The position numbers and the translations under genes were made by a program. DNA of 64,000 nt from Parachlamydiales bacterium (lineage in GTDB: Bacteria > Chlamydiota > Chlamydiia > Chlamydiales > SM23-39): contig JAFGFA010000009.1 of NCBI GenBank assembly GCA_016931275.1, positions 7,513-71,512 of the forward strand. The letters are read 5' to 3'. Shown one piece after another: positions 39,338-48,681 of this stretch. Under the pieces are notes generated by a model, which made no database searches, was not told where the DNA came from, and was given only the letters and a program-made list of their open reading frames with translations. Positions within the stretch are counted from its first letter, which is position 1. Each line of letters opens with the position of its first letter.

Positions 39338-40243
39338 ATGTCTAAAAATATTAAATCAAAATCTTTAAAAAAAGTAGTCATTAGTTATATTGCTATAACC
39401 ATTGGTGCTTTATTAGCTGCAATAGCTATCCGCATTTTTTTATACCCTAATAAATTAATTGACGGAGGTGTTGTCGGTCTTTCTTTAATCGGCGCCCGTC
39501 TTTTCGGAGATCATTACCTCCCCTATTTCCTATTGGCTTTAAATTGCCCTTTTATCTATCTCGCCTATCGGTCGATTCGAAAATCTTTTGTCCTTCATAT
39601 GCTTATTTCCGTTCTTTTATTTGCCGGCTTTTTATTTATTCTACGCAATGCTCCGACATTTCATGGAGATCTTCTAGAAATTATCGTGATCGGTGGCGCC
39701 TTACTAGGAACAGGAGTAGGTCTAATTATTCGTAATGGAGGATGTACAGACGGCACAGAAATATTGGCGATTTTAATTAATAGAAAAAAAGGGTTAACGG
39801 TCGGTCAAATTATTCTGATTGTCAACATCATCATTTTTTCAGCCTACGGATGGATCTTCAAAGACTGGCATATTGCCTTTCTTTCTTTAATCATGTATAT
39901 CGTTGCTTTCAAAATGATCGATCTTGTCATCGCTGGCCTTGAGGAATTAAAATCTGTTATCATTATTACTTCCGAACCTAAAAAGATCTCTGACATGATC
40001 ATGCATGAATTAGGATTGGGACTGACCATTATACCCGGTATTGGAGGCTTTTCCGGAAAAACGCAAAGGATGCTTTATATCATTGTGGAACGGTTAGATC
40101 TCGCTGCGCTCAAAGAAGTGGTTCTTCGTGAAGATCCTTCCGCTTTTATGGCCATTGAAAACCTGCATGAAGTTGCCTATGGAAAACACGTTTCAGAAAT
40201 CTCTAAGAAAAGAAAAAAAAATACCTCCCATTCTTCCGAATAA
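39338..40243 (+). CDS. YitT family membrane protein (DUF2179 C-terminal domain)
   Basis: Four or five TM segments with the GG..G motif, plus a soluble C-terminal domain typical of YitT/YpjC proteins. Confidence 0.8.
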   Translation: MSKNIKSKSLKKVVISYIAITIGALLAAIAIRIFLYPNKLIDGGVVGLSLIGARLFGDHYLPYFLLALNCPFIYLAYRSIRKSFVLHMLISVLLFAGFLFILRNAPTFHGDLLEIIVIGGALLGTGVGLIIRNGGCTDGTEILAILINRKKGLTVGQIILIVNIIIFSAYGWIFKDWHIAFLSLIMYIVAFKMIDLVIAGLEELKSVIIITSEPKKISDMIMHELGLGLTIIPGIGGFSGKTQRMLYIIVERLDLAALKEVVLREDPSAFMAIENLHEVAYGKHVSEISKKRKKNTSHSSE

Positions 40244-40275
40244 AAGCAATCGATTTTTTTATATTTTTTAAAAAA

Positions 40276-41643
40276 CTATTCGTCAATCGATAAACCGTCA
40301 AAACATTTTTTTTCGATCAGTTTATCTACATAATCGATGGAATAATTTCCATTAAGAAAGGTTTTATCGCTGAGCATATATAAATGAAAAGGGATTGTCG
40401 TATAAACTCCTTGAATATTAAACTCTTTCAAAGCCCTTTTCGCAAATCTAATCGCCTCGTCTCTATTTTTCCCTTTTACAATCAATTTAGCAATTAAGGA
40501 ATCATAGTTCGGAGGAATAGAATAGCCTGAATAACAGGCGGTATCTACACGGACATGCGGTCCGCCCGGAGAAAGAAAATGATGTAATTTTCCGGGAGAA
40601 GGAGTAAAATTATTGGAAGGATTTTCCGCATTAATCCTGAATTCTATAGCATGCCCCGAAAAGAGGATTTCTCGTTGTTTTTCTTTAAGCTTTTCTCCCA
40701 TAGCAATTTTAATCTGTGCTGCCACTAAATCGTAATCTGTCAAAATCTCAGTCACAGGATGCTCTACCTGTATACGAGTATTCATTTCCATAAAATAGAA
40801 ATTCTTATTTTTATCAACTAAAAATTCAACGGTACCTGCTGAATAATATTCGGCCTCTTTTGCAATATCAATTGCGGCCTGTCCCATTTTTTTTCTTAAA
40901 GAAGACGAAATAATAGGACTGGGAGATTCTTCTATCAGTTTTTGCCGTCTTCTTTGAATACTACAATCTCTTTCTCCCAAATGAAGATAGTTCCCCTTTT
41001 TATCCCCTAAAATCTGCACTTCAACATGGCGAGGATTTTCAATTAATTTCTCGACGTAAATATCGGTATTATTAAAACATATCTGCGCTTCTGTCTGAGC
41101 TGCAACAAACTGCTTTTTAAATTCCTGTTCATGATATATAGCTCGGATACCCTTGCCTCCACCTCCTGCTGAAGCCTTTACAAGGACTGGGAACCCAATT
41201 TTTTGAGCAATTTTCAATCCCATTGCCGCATCATCGACAATTCCGTCCGAGCCTGGAATAACAGGGCATTTGGCTTTCCGAGCCAAAGATTTGGCTCGAG
41301 CTTTATCTCCTAGCAAAGCAATAGCCGTATGATGAGGTCCAATAAATTTAATGCCACAGCTCTCGCAAATAGAAGCAAAATTAGCGTTTTCACTGAGAAA
41401 TCCATACCCCGGATGAATGGCATCGGCTCCCGTAATCTCACAGGCAGATAAAATATTTGCTATTTTAAGATAAGATTCCTGAGCAGCGGCTTTTCCAATA
41501 CAAACCGCTTCATCCGCAAAAAGAACGTGCAAAGCTTCCGCATCCGCTTCCGAATAAATCGCAACAGTCGCTAATCCCAAATCGTGACAAGCACGAATAA
41601 TGCGTACAGCAACCTCTCCTCTATTAGCTATTAATACTTTCAT
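40276..41643 (-). CDS. accC: acetyl-CoA carboxylase biotin carboxylase subunit
   Basis: MKVLIANRGEVAVRIIRAC, ATP-grasp GGGGKGIR, EMNTRIQVEHPVTE. Confidence 0.96.
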   Translation of the reverse strand: MKVLIANRGEVAVRIIRACHDLGLATVAIYSEADAEALHVLFADEAVCIGKAAAQESYLKIANILSACEITGADAIHPGYGFLSENANFASICESCGIKFIGPHHTAIALLGDKARAKSLARKAKCPVIPGSDGIVDDAAMGLKIAQKIGFPVLVKASAGGGGKGIRAIYHEQEFKKQFVAAQTEAQICFNNTDIYVEKLIENPRHVEVQILGDKKGNYLHLGERDCSIQRRRQKLIEESPSPIISSSLRKKMGQAAIDIAKEAEYYSAGTVEFLVDKNKNFYFMEMNTRIQVEHPVTEILTDYDLVAAQIKIAMGEKLKEKQREILFSGHAIEFRINAENPSNNFTPSPGKLHHFLSPGGPHVRVDTACYSGYSIPPNYDSLIAKLIVKGKNRDEAIRFAKRALKEFNIQGVYTTIPFHLYMLSDKTFLNGNYSIDYVDKLIEKKCFDGLSIDE

Positions 41644-42065
41644 TCTATTCTGATCAAATGGGTTCCAAATTCTACAGGATGTGCATTATCGACTAATATT
41701 TCGACGACCTTTCCCTCTTGTCCCGCCTTCACTTCATTCATAACCTTCATCGCTTCAATAATACATACGACGGTATCTTTCGTCACATGATCACCTTTTT
41801 TCACAAAAGGAGGATGGTCAGGTGCCGGAGCTGCATAAAAAATCCCTACCATCGGCGACTGAATATATTTATTCGTATCGACTTCCGATGGAGAAGTCCT
41901 CTGTTTCTCGACAAGCGTCGTCGGAGAAGAAACATGAGTCACTACAGACCCAAGCTCTCTTTCCAACGTAATTTCAAAGTCTTTTTCTTTCAGCTGTATT
42001 TTGCTCAAATGCTTCTTTTCCATCAACGCAATCAGTTCTTCAATTTTTTTTCTATCCACAAGCAC
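41640..42065 (-). CDS. accB: biotin carboxyl carrier protein
   Basis: Biotinylation motif EAMKVMNEV. 4-nt overlap with accC. Confidence 0.93.
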   Translation of the reverse strand: MLVDRKKIEELIALMEKKHLSKIQLKEKDFEITLERELGSVVTHVSSPTTLVEKQRTSPSEVDTNKYIQSPMVGIFYAAPAPDHPPFVKKGDHVTKDTVVCIIEAMKVMNEVKAGQEGKVVEILVDNAHPVEFGTHLIRIE

Positions 42066-42071
42066 CCCCCA

Positions 42072-42632
42072 TTATACCCTTTGAATGTATTCTCTGGCAT
42101 GCACATCTACTTTAATCACATCACCGGTTTCAATAAATAAAGGGACATTAATTTTAGCTCCTGTTTCCAAAATGGCTTTTTTAGTCGCTCCGGAAACCTG
42201 TACATTATCACCTTCCGGAGGAGGAGTCTTAACAATCATCAGTTCTAAAAATTGAGGCAATTCTACAGAAAACACAACATCACCATAAAATAAGGCCTTC
42301 AATTCAATCCCTTCTTTTAAAAAATCAACGGAATTCCCCATTATTTCTGGGGATATCTCCACTTGTTCTAGATTGTCGATATCTAAAAACAAATAATTTT
42401 TCCCTTCAGGATAGAGATATTCCAGATGATGTTCCAGTAAAGAAACCTCATCAATCATCTGATCTAATTTAAAATTTTTCTCACATACTTTTTCGCTCAT
42501 CAAATTGCACAGCTTGGTCTTCATAAAAGGAGCCCCTTTTCCAGGATCCACTTTTACAGTTGATTCCACCCGATAGATTTCTCCATCAATTTTGACAGTC
42601 ATTCCAGGGGTAATCTGATTCCCTTTTGTCAT
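42072..42632 (-). CDS. efp: elongation factor P
   Basis: 186 aa, KVDPGKGAPFMKTKL loop, three OB/KOW-like domains. Confidence 0.92.
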   Translation of the reverse strand: MTKGNQITPGMTVKIDGEIYRVESTVKVDPGKGAPFMKTKLCNLMSEKVCEKNFKLDQMIDEVSLLEHHLEYLYPEGKNYLFLDIDNLEQVEISPEIMGNSVDFLKEGIELKALFYGDVVFSVELPQFLELMIVKTPPPEGDNVQVSGATKKAILETGAKINVPLFIETGDVIKVDVHAREYIQRV

Positions 42633-43300
42633 AAGTGCACCAATAATTTACGTATAATTTTCTCTATTTCCTCGATTTCACAAATAGTGAAATCTACATA
42701 TTCATTCTTTTTTTGATACAAGCCTCTTCCATAACGCATATGAACTGTCGTCATCCCCCATTTTTTAGCCGGAACTAAATCGGCATCAATGCGATCTCCA
42801 CAGACAACAATTTCATAAGGCAAATATTGACAACAACTTACAATTTCGCCATACGCCTTTTCTTTATCGGCTGTATCTGTAACCAATATCTTACAAAAAA
42901 GATCCCTATCAATACCAGCTTTTTTCAGTTTATCAATCTGCCTTTTATACATTCCGCTGGTAACTAAAGCAAGCTCATGGTCTTTTTTTAACCGTAAAAG
43001 GACCTCTAAAGAATTTTTTCGACAGACGACGGGACAAGAATCAGGCAAACTCTCATAAAGCATGGAAAAAGCCGAAGCCATAAAAACGTTTCCCTTTTTT
43101 CTTTGCAAATATTTTTCTATAGCACTTTTGGAACTAGGCTCCTTCTTATTCAATTCTAAAAGAAGCTGCTTTTCACGTTCTATGTCTGAAACGGGAAACC
43201 CTTTTCCTTGCATTTCGATAAGAATTTTTTCGAAAAGAAAAGGAATGATCGTTCCTGAAGTATCTATTAATGTGTCATCTAAATCAAAGATTATTAACAA
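42629..43300 (-). CDS. HAD superfamily hydrolase
   Basis: Motif I FDLDDTL, motif II LVTSG, motif IV CGDRIDAD. Confidence 0.85.
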   Translation of the reverse strand: MLIIFDLDDTLIDTSGTIIPFLFEKILIEMQGKGFPVSDIEREKQLLLELNKKEPSSKSAIEKYLQRKKGNVFMASAFSMLYESLPDSCPVVCRKNSLEVLLRLKKDHELALVTSGMYKRQIDKLKKAGIDRDLFCKILVTDTADKEKAYGEIVSCCQYLPYEIVVCGDRIDADLVPAKKWGMTTVHMRYGRGLYQKKNEYVDFTICEIEEIEKIIRKLLVHL

Positions 43301-44249
43301 TTTTCATGATCTCTTTAGCTAATTTTTTACTGTCATGCCGAATCAAATTTCTCTTAATACGGTCTTCAGAAGATTTTTTGGCAATAGGACCTAAAAGGTC
43401 TGCAATAATGACTCTTTCCTCTTCTACGTCATTTTCTACCAATTCTCCTTCCTCAGCATAAACATCGATCAAATGCTTGGGAGGCCTTGTCTTATTGACC
43501 AAAATAAAATCAAATAAATCTTTTTCTAAAAATTTTACAAGTTCCGCAAGATAGTCCTTCACTTTAAAGCCGGAGGTTTGCCCAAATCGGTTCATCAAAT
43601 TCACGACAAATAATTTTTTAGCTTGAGAATTGTGCAAGGCTTCAACAACCCCTTCGACAAGAAGATTTGGTATAATAGAGGTATATAAGCCGCCAGGACC
43701 AATGACTATGAGGTCTGCTTGTTTTATTGCTGCAGTAACAAGAGGATTTACTTTAGGAAAAGGCTCCAAATATAAGCTTTTATATCCCTGATCGATTTCT
43801 TGCGAAAGGTAGATCTCCGCCTCTCCTTCTAAAAGTTTTCGATTATTCAAAATCATTTTCAAATGCACCTGATTCATCGTAACCGGAATGACTTTCCCCT
43901 TAATAAATAAAATTCTACCGGCTTCTTCAACAGCTCTTTCAAAACTCCCCGTCACTTTCTCCAATGCAGAAAGTAAGATATTTCCTACACTGTGTCCTCC
44001 AAGATTTCCATTTTCAAAACGGTAATTCATCAAACTACGCATCAGTCTAGACGAATTGGACAGGGCAACCAGGCATTGTCGCACATCTCCTGGAGGCAAA
44101 ACGCCTAATTCATCTCGCAAAATTCCTGTAGAGCCTCCGCTGTCAGCCATAGAAACAATCGCTGAAAGATCAACGTCATATTTTTTTAGTCCTCGCAATA
44201 CAACAAAATTACCCGTACCACCGCCAATTACCACAACTTTTTTCATCAC
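43284..44249 (-). CDS. YvcK/CofD-like gluconeogenesis factor family protein
   Basis: VVVIGGGTGNFVVLRGLK, VSMADSGGSTGILRDE, PPGDVRQCL. Confidence 0.88.
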   Translation of the reverse strand: MMKKVVVIGGGTGNFVVLRGLKKYDVDLSAIVSMADSGGSTGILRDELGVLPPGDVRQCLVALSNSSRLMRSLMNYRFENGNLGGHSVGNILLSALEKVTGSFERAVEEAGRILFIKGKVIPVTMNQVHLKMILNNRKLLEGEAEIYLSQEIDQGYKSLYLEPFPKVNPLVTAAIKQADLIVIGPGGLYTSIIPNLLVEGVVEALHNSQAKKLFVVNLMNRFGQTSGFKVKDYLAELVKFLEKDLFDFILVNKTRPPKHLIDVYAEEGELVENDVEEERVIIADLLGPIAKKSSEDRIKRNLIRHDSKKLAKEIMKIVNNL

Positions 44250-44929
44250 GAATTTCTCAATGTTTGTACGCCTTCTTGCATTACAGGAAGACTAAATAGG
44301 TAATGGCCGGAAACGACAAAGTTAGCTCCCGCATCAATTACCTGCTTTGCCGTATCGGGATTGATGCCCCCATCCACCTGAATCATTAAAGGATCTTTGC
44401 TTTTTCGAGACTCTTGCCCCCCGCTTTTTAGATAGCATCCCTTTGCGATCTCGATCTTTTCTAAAACATCCGGAATAAATTGCTGTCCTCCAAACCCCGG
44501 ATGCACAGACATGAATAAAACCAAATCACATAGATCAAAATATTTCAACGAGAGAGATACCGATGTCTCCGGGTTAAAAGCAAGCCCTGCTTTTTTGCCG
44601 CATCTATGAATAAATTGTATTGTTTCTTCAATATTCTCCGTCGCTTCAAAATGAAAGGTAATAAGATCGGCTCCCACTTCAATAAATCGTTCGATATAAT
44701 CAAAAGGATTATACATCATAAGATGCACATCTAAAAAAAGATCGGTAGAACGATTGATCGCCTCCACCGCTTTCGGTCCCATGGTTAAATTCGGCACAAA
44801 ATGCCCATCCATAATATCGATATGAACCGCATCTGCCCCAGCATCTTCTATTCTTTTTGCCTCATCTCCCAAACGAGAAAAATCTCCCGATAAGATAGAG
44901 ACCCCTACCTTGGTACTTCTCTTAACCAT
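44246..44929 (-). CDS. rpe: ribulose-phosphate 3-epimerase
   Basis: SILSGDF, HIDIMDGHFVPNLT, MSVHPGFGGQ. Confidence 0.95.
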   Translation of the reverse strand: MVKRSTKVGVSILSGDFSRLGDEAKRIEDAGADAVHIDIMDGHFVPNLTMGPKAVEAINRSTDLFLDVHLMMYNPFDYIERFIEVGADLITFHFEATENIEETIQFIHRCGKKAGLAFNPETSVSLSLKYFDLCDLVLFMSVHPGFGGQQFIPDVLEKIEIAKGCYLKSGGQESRKSKDPLMIQVDGGINPDTAKQVIDAGANFVVSGHYLFSLPVMQEGVQTLRNS

Positions 44930-45274
44930 CCATTTTCCCTTATTACTACCTATAAAGTTAAAGGGTTATTCAATGAGCGTCAAGGAGAAGTTATTGCCTG
45001 CGGCAAAAAATATACATCGTCCAATGGCATATATCCCATAGGAGATACGCCATTATCTATTTTTTCAAAGAATTTTTTGCTCTTGGTTTTTATAAAACCA
45101 AGAGCCATGAGCCCAAAACAGATTATCTACTGATCAACGAATATCTTAGTCCTCTTTTAGAACTTTTTAAAAAGGATTGTCGTATAAAATTTTTATAAAA
45201 AAATCTAATCCCCCTCCATAACACATATTTTTGTGTTATCCTCTTTGAAAAATTCCGGGAATAAGAAAATATTC

Positions 45275-45697
45275 TTAAATCTCTTCTTCTGAGGACCTAG
45301 GTGAGCATAACTCGCGGGAAACTCTTTGCCAGTCATCATGCATGTCTACAATAGCATTTATTGAAGTCCGACTCAGACTTTGTAATTTAAGAGCCTGTTT
45401 GGCCGCTAAGCTTATTTTTTGACCTAACAGTATTAAATCATCGATTGCCTTAGTCGAATCTTGAAAGTCTTGATACAACTCTGCAATGTTTATTTTTTGT
45501 TGCTCTTCAGTCAAACAACATCGGGTCGGATAGACTAAAAGAGTATTCTCTACGTCCCTATTGATTTCATTCCATTCTCGAGTCACTTCACTTATTCTAT
45601 CAGAGATGGAAGAAGGAATTTTTCGAATCTCTTCTCGTATCCTATCTTCTGCTAGTTGTTCCGGATTTCTAAAGTCACTAGATATAGTAATAGACAT
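45275..45697 (-). CDS. hypothetical acidic helical protein, last gene of the exporter string
   Basis: The ATG at 45697 (MSITISS) has AGGAG 7 nt upstream. The ORF-track start at 45730 lacks this. 140 aa with no recognisable motif. Confidence 0.55.
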   Translation of the reverse strand: MSITISSDFRNPEQLAEDRIREEIRKIPSSISDRISEVTREWNEINRDVENTLLVYPTRCCLTEEQQKINIAELYQDFQDSTKAIDDLILLGQKISLAAKQALKLQSLSRTSINAIVDMHDDWQRVSRELCSPRSSEEEI

Positions 45698-45786
45698 GAT
45701 TTTCTCCTTTTTGAGGCTATATGTTGCCATATCGATTTGTTTTAATCGATATTTTTCTATTAGAGACTAAATACAGAAAAAACGCG

Positions 45787-48681
45787 TTACCTCTGTTGAG
45801 CTACCCAAGCTGCAAACGGCTTATGTTGTTGCACCAATTCTTCAAATGTCCCAAAAGCTTCAATTTTACCGTGATCGAGAAAATAAATGCGATCCGCATT
45901 TTTTATAGTAGAAATACGATGAGCAATAACAATACGCGTAATCTTTAAATGTTCAATATTTTCTGATACTATCGCCTGAGATTTGCTGTCCAGAGCATTG
46001 GTAGCCTCATCAAAAATTAAAATTTTAGGATTTCCTAAAAGGGCTCGAGTGATAAGAAGCTGTTGTTTTTGTCCCCCCGATAAATTTTTTCCACTATCCG
46101 TAAGATAGGTATGCACTCCCATCGGAAAATCTTGCATAGTCACATCGAAACCGGTCAGCTGCATCGCTCTTGTGACCTCTTCTTGAGAAAAAATTCCTCC
46201 GCAGATTAGGTTATCATAAATAGTTCCTGCTAAAATCTCAGAATCCTGAAGGACAACGCCTAATTGTTGCCGTACTTTTTTAATATCTAAATCACTAACA
46301 TCTTTTCCATCATAATAAATACAGCCTGAAGAAGGTTCATTAAATTTAAGTAGAAGTCGAACTAAGGTCGATTTTCCACATCCTGAAGGACCGACAATGG
46401 CAATAAATTCTCCGGGTCTAGCTACCAAAGAGATTCCTCTTAAGATATCCGAAAGATTCTCCTCATAATGGAAAAAGACATTATCTATTTCTACAAGACC
46501 TTGCAACGTCCCTGGAGAAACCTGGTCTTTTAAAATCTCTTCCGGAGACGTAAAAATGACCTTAGACATTTTCCAACGAGGAATAACATTGCCAAATGTC
46601 TGAATTGCGATAGAAAAGGCATTATACATCGCAATAGAAAACGAACCGAACGCTGCATTAAAGGCAATAAAGTTCCCTATTTGAAATTCCACAACATTTT
46701 TGACCAGATACACTCCCAGAGAAAAAATGGAGAAGGTTCCTAGTATGGGCATCATCTGGTTAAATGCCTGCATAAAATTGGCGATATGCAACGAGAGAAT
46801 ATTATAAGACTGAATACGGGTATATTGTTTTCCCCATTTGGAGAAAATAATATGCTCAGCGGCTTTTAAACGAATTTTTTCTATCCCGGAAATCACCTGT
46901 ACTATAAAACCATTAAACAATCCTTGTTCCTGTAATATCATGGAGTCTATTTTCACTTTCCAACGAATACAGAAAATATTGATCAGGATTCCCAAAAATA
47001 AAACCATGATTCCCAATAAAGTCAATGGCCAACTATAATAAAACATCATTACGAGATAAAGAAGGGAAAAGACTCCGGTAAAAAGAACATTGAAAAAGCT
47101 GCTCGACAAAATGTTTTGGATCTGCCAAATAGAAAAGACCCTGCGAACGAGATCTCCTATAGTAAAGCGATGAAAAAAAGAGACCGGTAATTTTAGCAAC
47201 CTATCCCATAATCCTCCCTGCAACTTATTATGGACGAGTGTTTGTAAATGAAGAACTGCATAGGAACTGATAAAAGAAAACAGAGAAGCGCTGATGCCAA
47301 AAACAAGAAGACCAACCACTAATTGATGAATCAAAGAACCCTGTGCCAAGGGAATAATATAATTGAAAATAATCCCGTTTGCTAATGGCACAAAAAGGGC
47401 ACATACAATGCTTCCAAAACCCAATGCAATAATAGTCAAAATATCTTTTCTATGATTTTTAAAAACAGATTTCCTAAGATTTTTTTTCTCCGTAATATCC
47501 CCTTCTAAGGGAAGATAAAACATATAGGCATCTTTTTGGAGCGCAGATACCGTGTGAGAATTCATTTTTATTTCTCTCAATGTTTTAGGCTCAACGCTAT
47601 AATAAGAACCTCCTTTTCTAATCAAGGCCAAAGGAGAGCCTTCTTGATCCCATGCAAGCAAATGACCATTATCCTGTTTCCACCATTTTCCTACCAATCG
47701 CACCTGCCGGTAACGAACATGAGAATTTTCACAAATATGCATTAAGGCAGAATAGTCATTCTTTCCTTGGAACAGATCTTTTGGAATTGCAAACAAAAAA
47801 CCACTGTATTTTCCTATGATCTGACAACATTGCCCTATCATAGGAAGATGTCGCTCAACATAGGGAAATGTGCGTTTTTCAAAAACATCGATTAAACGCT
47901 GAAAAGCCGCATCGAGAATTTTTCTCCGTCTGTTTTTACTTTCCTTAATTCTTTTTTCTTCCTGTTTTTCCTTCTCTTCATAGGAGTAAATCAAGTACTG
48001 CACAATAAAATGATGAAAAATGGTCAACCCCTGTATCCATGATTGTTCTTCAACAATCTTGCTCGTTTCGTAAGTAACCAAGGAGCCTTTCTCCGTAATA
48101 CTCATCCAGTTGATATAGCATAACGGAAAAATACCCTCAAGAGGCATTAAAAAGGACTTTTCTCCCAAAAAATACAAATTGCCCTGCGTTACCTTAACCC
48201 AGATCAATTGATCCTTTTTGGTATGTTCAAAATAAGGGGCTATCTCCATAGAAACTTGAGGAGAAAACGTCTTTTCTTCTCCTAAATAAAAATAAGAGGA
48301 TATTTCCTTTTTAGGAATATGAATAATACTCTCATTCAATTCGATCACCCAACTCGAAATGTCTCGAATCAACTTGGTTCTGACATTTGCATCATTTTGA
48401 ACGATACTCTCCCAATCCTGTATGGAAATCTGTCTTAAAGCAGTGCTTGCATCAAGATAAGCTTGAATAAGGACATTGTCTAAAGAGACCCTAAAAGGAA
48501 AAACGATCTCTCCTTCCTGACGATGAATCAAAAAAATAGGAAGCTCTTCATTTTTTCCTTTTCTTTCAAAATAAATATCAATAGGGCCCTTTTCCACAAT
48601 CCAAACAACGTCATCCCTTTGAAGGGAAACATAACTAGTTCCCTCTTTTGCATGGATCAGTTCTCCTATGGATATATTCAT
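45787..48681 (-). CDS. NHLP-type bacteriocin-system ABC transporter, second subunit (cNMP-binding-like N-domain, degenerate peptidase-like domain, TMD and NBD)
   Basis: 964 aa. N-terminal beta-barrel-like domain, six-TM exporter domain, Walker A GPSGCGKST, LSGGQKQQ, ILIFDEAT, IAHR. Abuts the upstream ABC gene with 0-nt spacing. Confidence 0.8.
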   Translation of the reverse strand: MNISIGELIHAKEGTSYVSLQRDDVVWIVEKGPIDIYFERKGKNEELPIFLIHRQEGEIVFPFRVSLDNVLIQAYLDASTALRQISIQDWESIVQNDANVRTKLIRDISSWVIELNESIIHIPKKEISSYFYLGEEKTFSPQVSMEIAPYFEHTKKDQLIWVKVTQGNLYFLGEKSFLMPLEGIFPLCYINWMSITEKGSLVTYETSKIVEEQSWIQGLTIFHHFIVQYLIYSYEEKEKQEEKRIKESKNRRRKILDAAFQRLIDVFEKRTFPYVERHLPMIGQCCQIIGKYSGFLFAIPKDLFQGKNDYSALMHICENSHVRYRQVRLVGKWWKQDNGHLLAWDQEGSPLALIRKGGSYYSVEPKTLREIKMNSHTVSALQKDAYMFYLPLEGDITEKKNLRKSVFKNHRKDILTIIALGFGSIVCALFVPLANGIIFNYIIPLAQGSLIHQLVVGLLVFGISASLFSFISSYAVLHLQTLVHNKLQGGLWDRLLKLPVSFFHRFTIGDLVRRVFSIWQIQNILSSSFFNVLFTGVFSLLYLVMMFYYSWPLTLLGIMVLFLGILINIFCIRWKVKIDSMILQEQGLFNGFIVQVISGIEKIRLKAAEHIIFSKWGKQYTRIQSYNILSLHIANFMQAFNQMMPILGTFSIFSLGVYLVKNVVEFQIGNFIAFNAAFGSFSIAMYNAFSIAIQTFGNVIPRWKMSKVIFTSPEEILKDQVSPGTLQGLVEIDNVFFHYEENLSDILRGISLVARPGEFIAIVGPSGCGKSTLVRLLLKFNEPSSGCIYYDGKDVSDLDIKKVRQQLGVVLQDSEILAGTIYDNLICGGIFSQEEVTRAMQLTGFDVTMQDFPMGVHTYLTDSGKNLSGGQKQQLLITRALLGNPKILIFDEATNALDSKSQAIVSENIEHLKITRIVIAHRISTIKNADRIYFLDHGKIEAFGTFEELVQQHKPFAAWVAQQR

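Noticed and set aside
45079-45105. Perfect 12-bp hairpin GCTCTTGGTTTT-tat-AAAACCAAGAGC, considered as a terminator.
   Set aside because: The T tract precedes the stem on the plus strand, so an A tract follows it on the minus strand. It fits neither orientation of an intrinsic terminator, and its function is unknown.
44983-45108. 41-aa minus-strand ORF (MALGFIKTKSKKFFEKIDNGVSPMGYMPLDDVYFLPQAITSP), considered as exporter cargo.
   Set aside because: It has no double-glycine leader and no ribosome-binding site. Its 5' end is formed by a perfect hairpin, so it is more likely non-coding spacer.
45167-45226. 19-aa mini-ORF MCYGGGLDFFIKILYDNPF containing GGG, downstream of the exporter string.
   Set aside because: It is too short, the glycines come at residues 4-6 rather than after a 15-25 aa leader, and it overlaps the terminator-like hairpin of the upstream gene.
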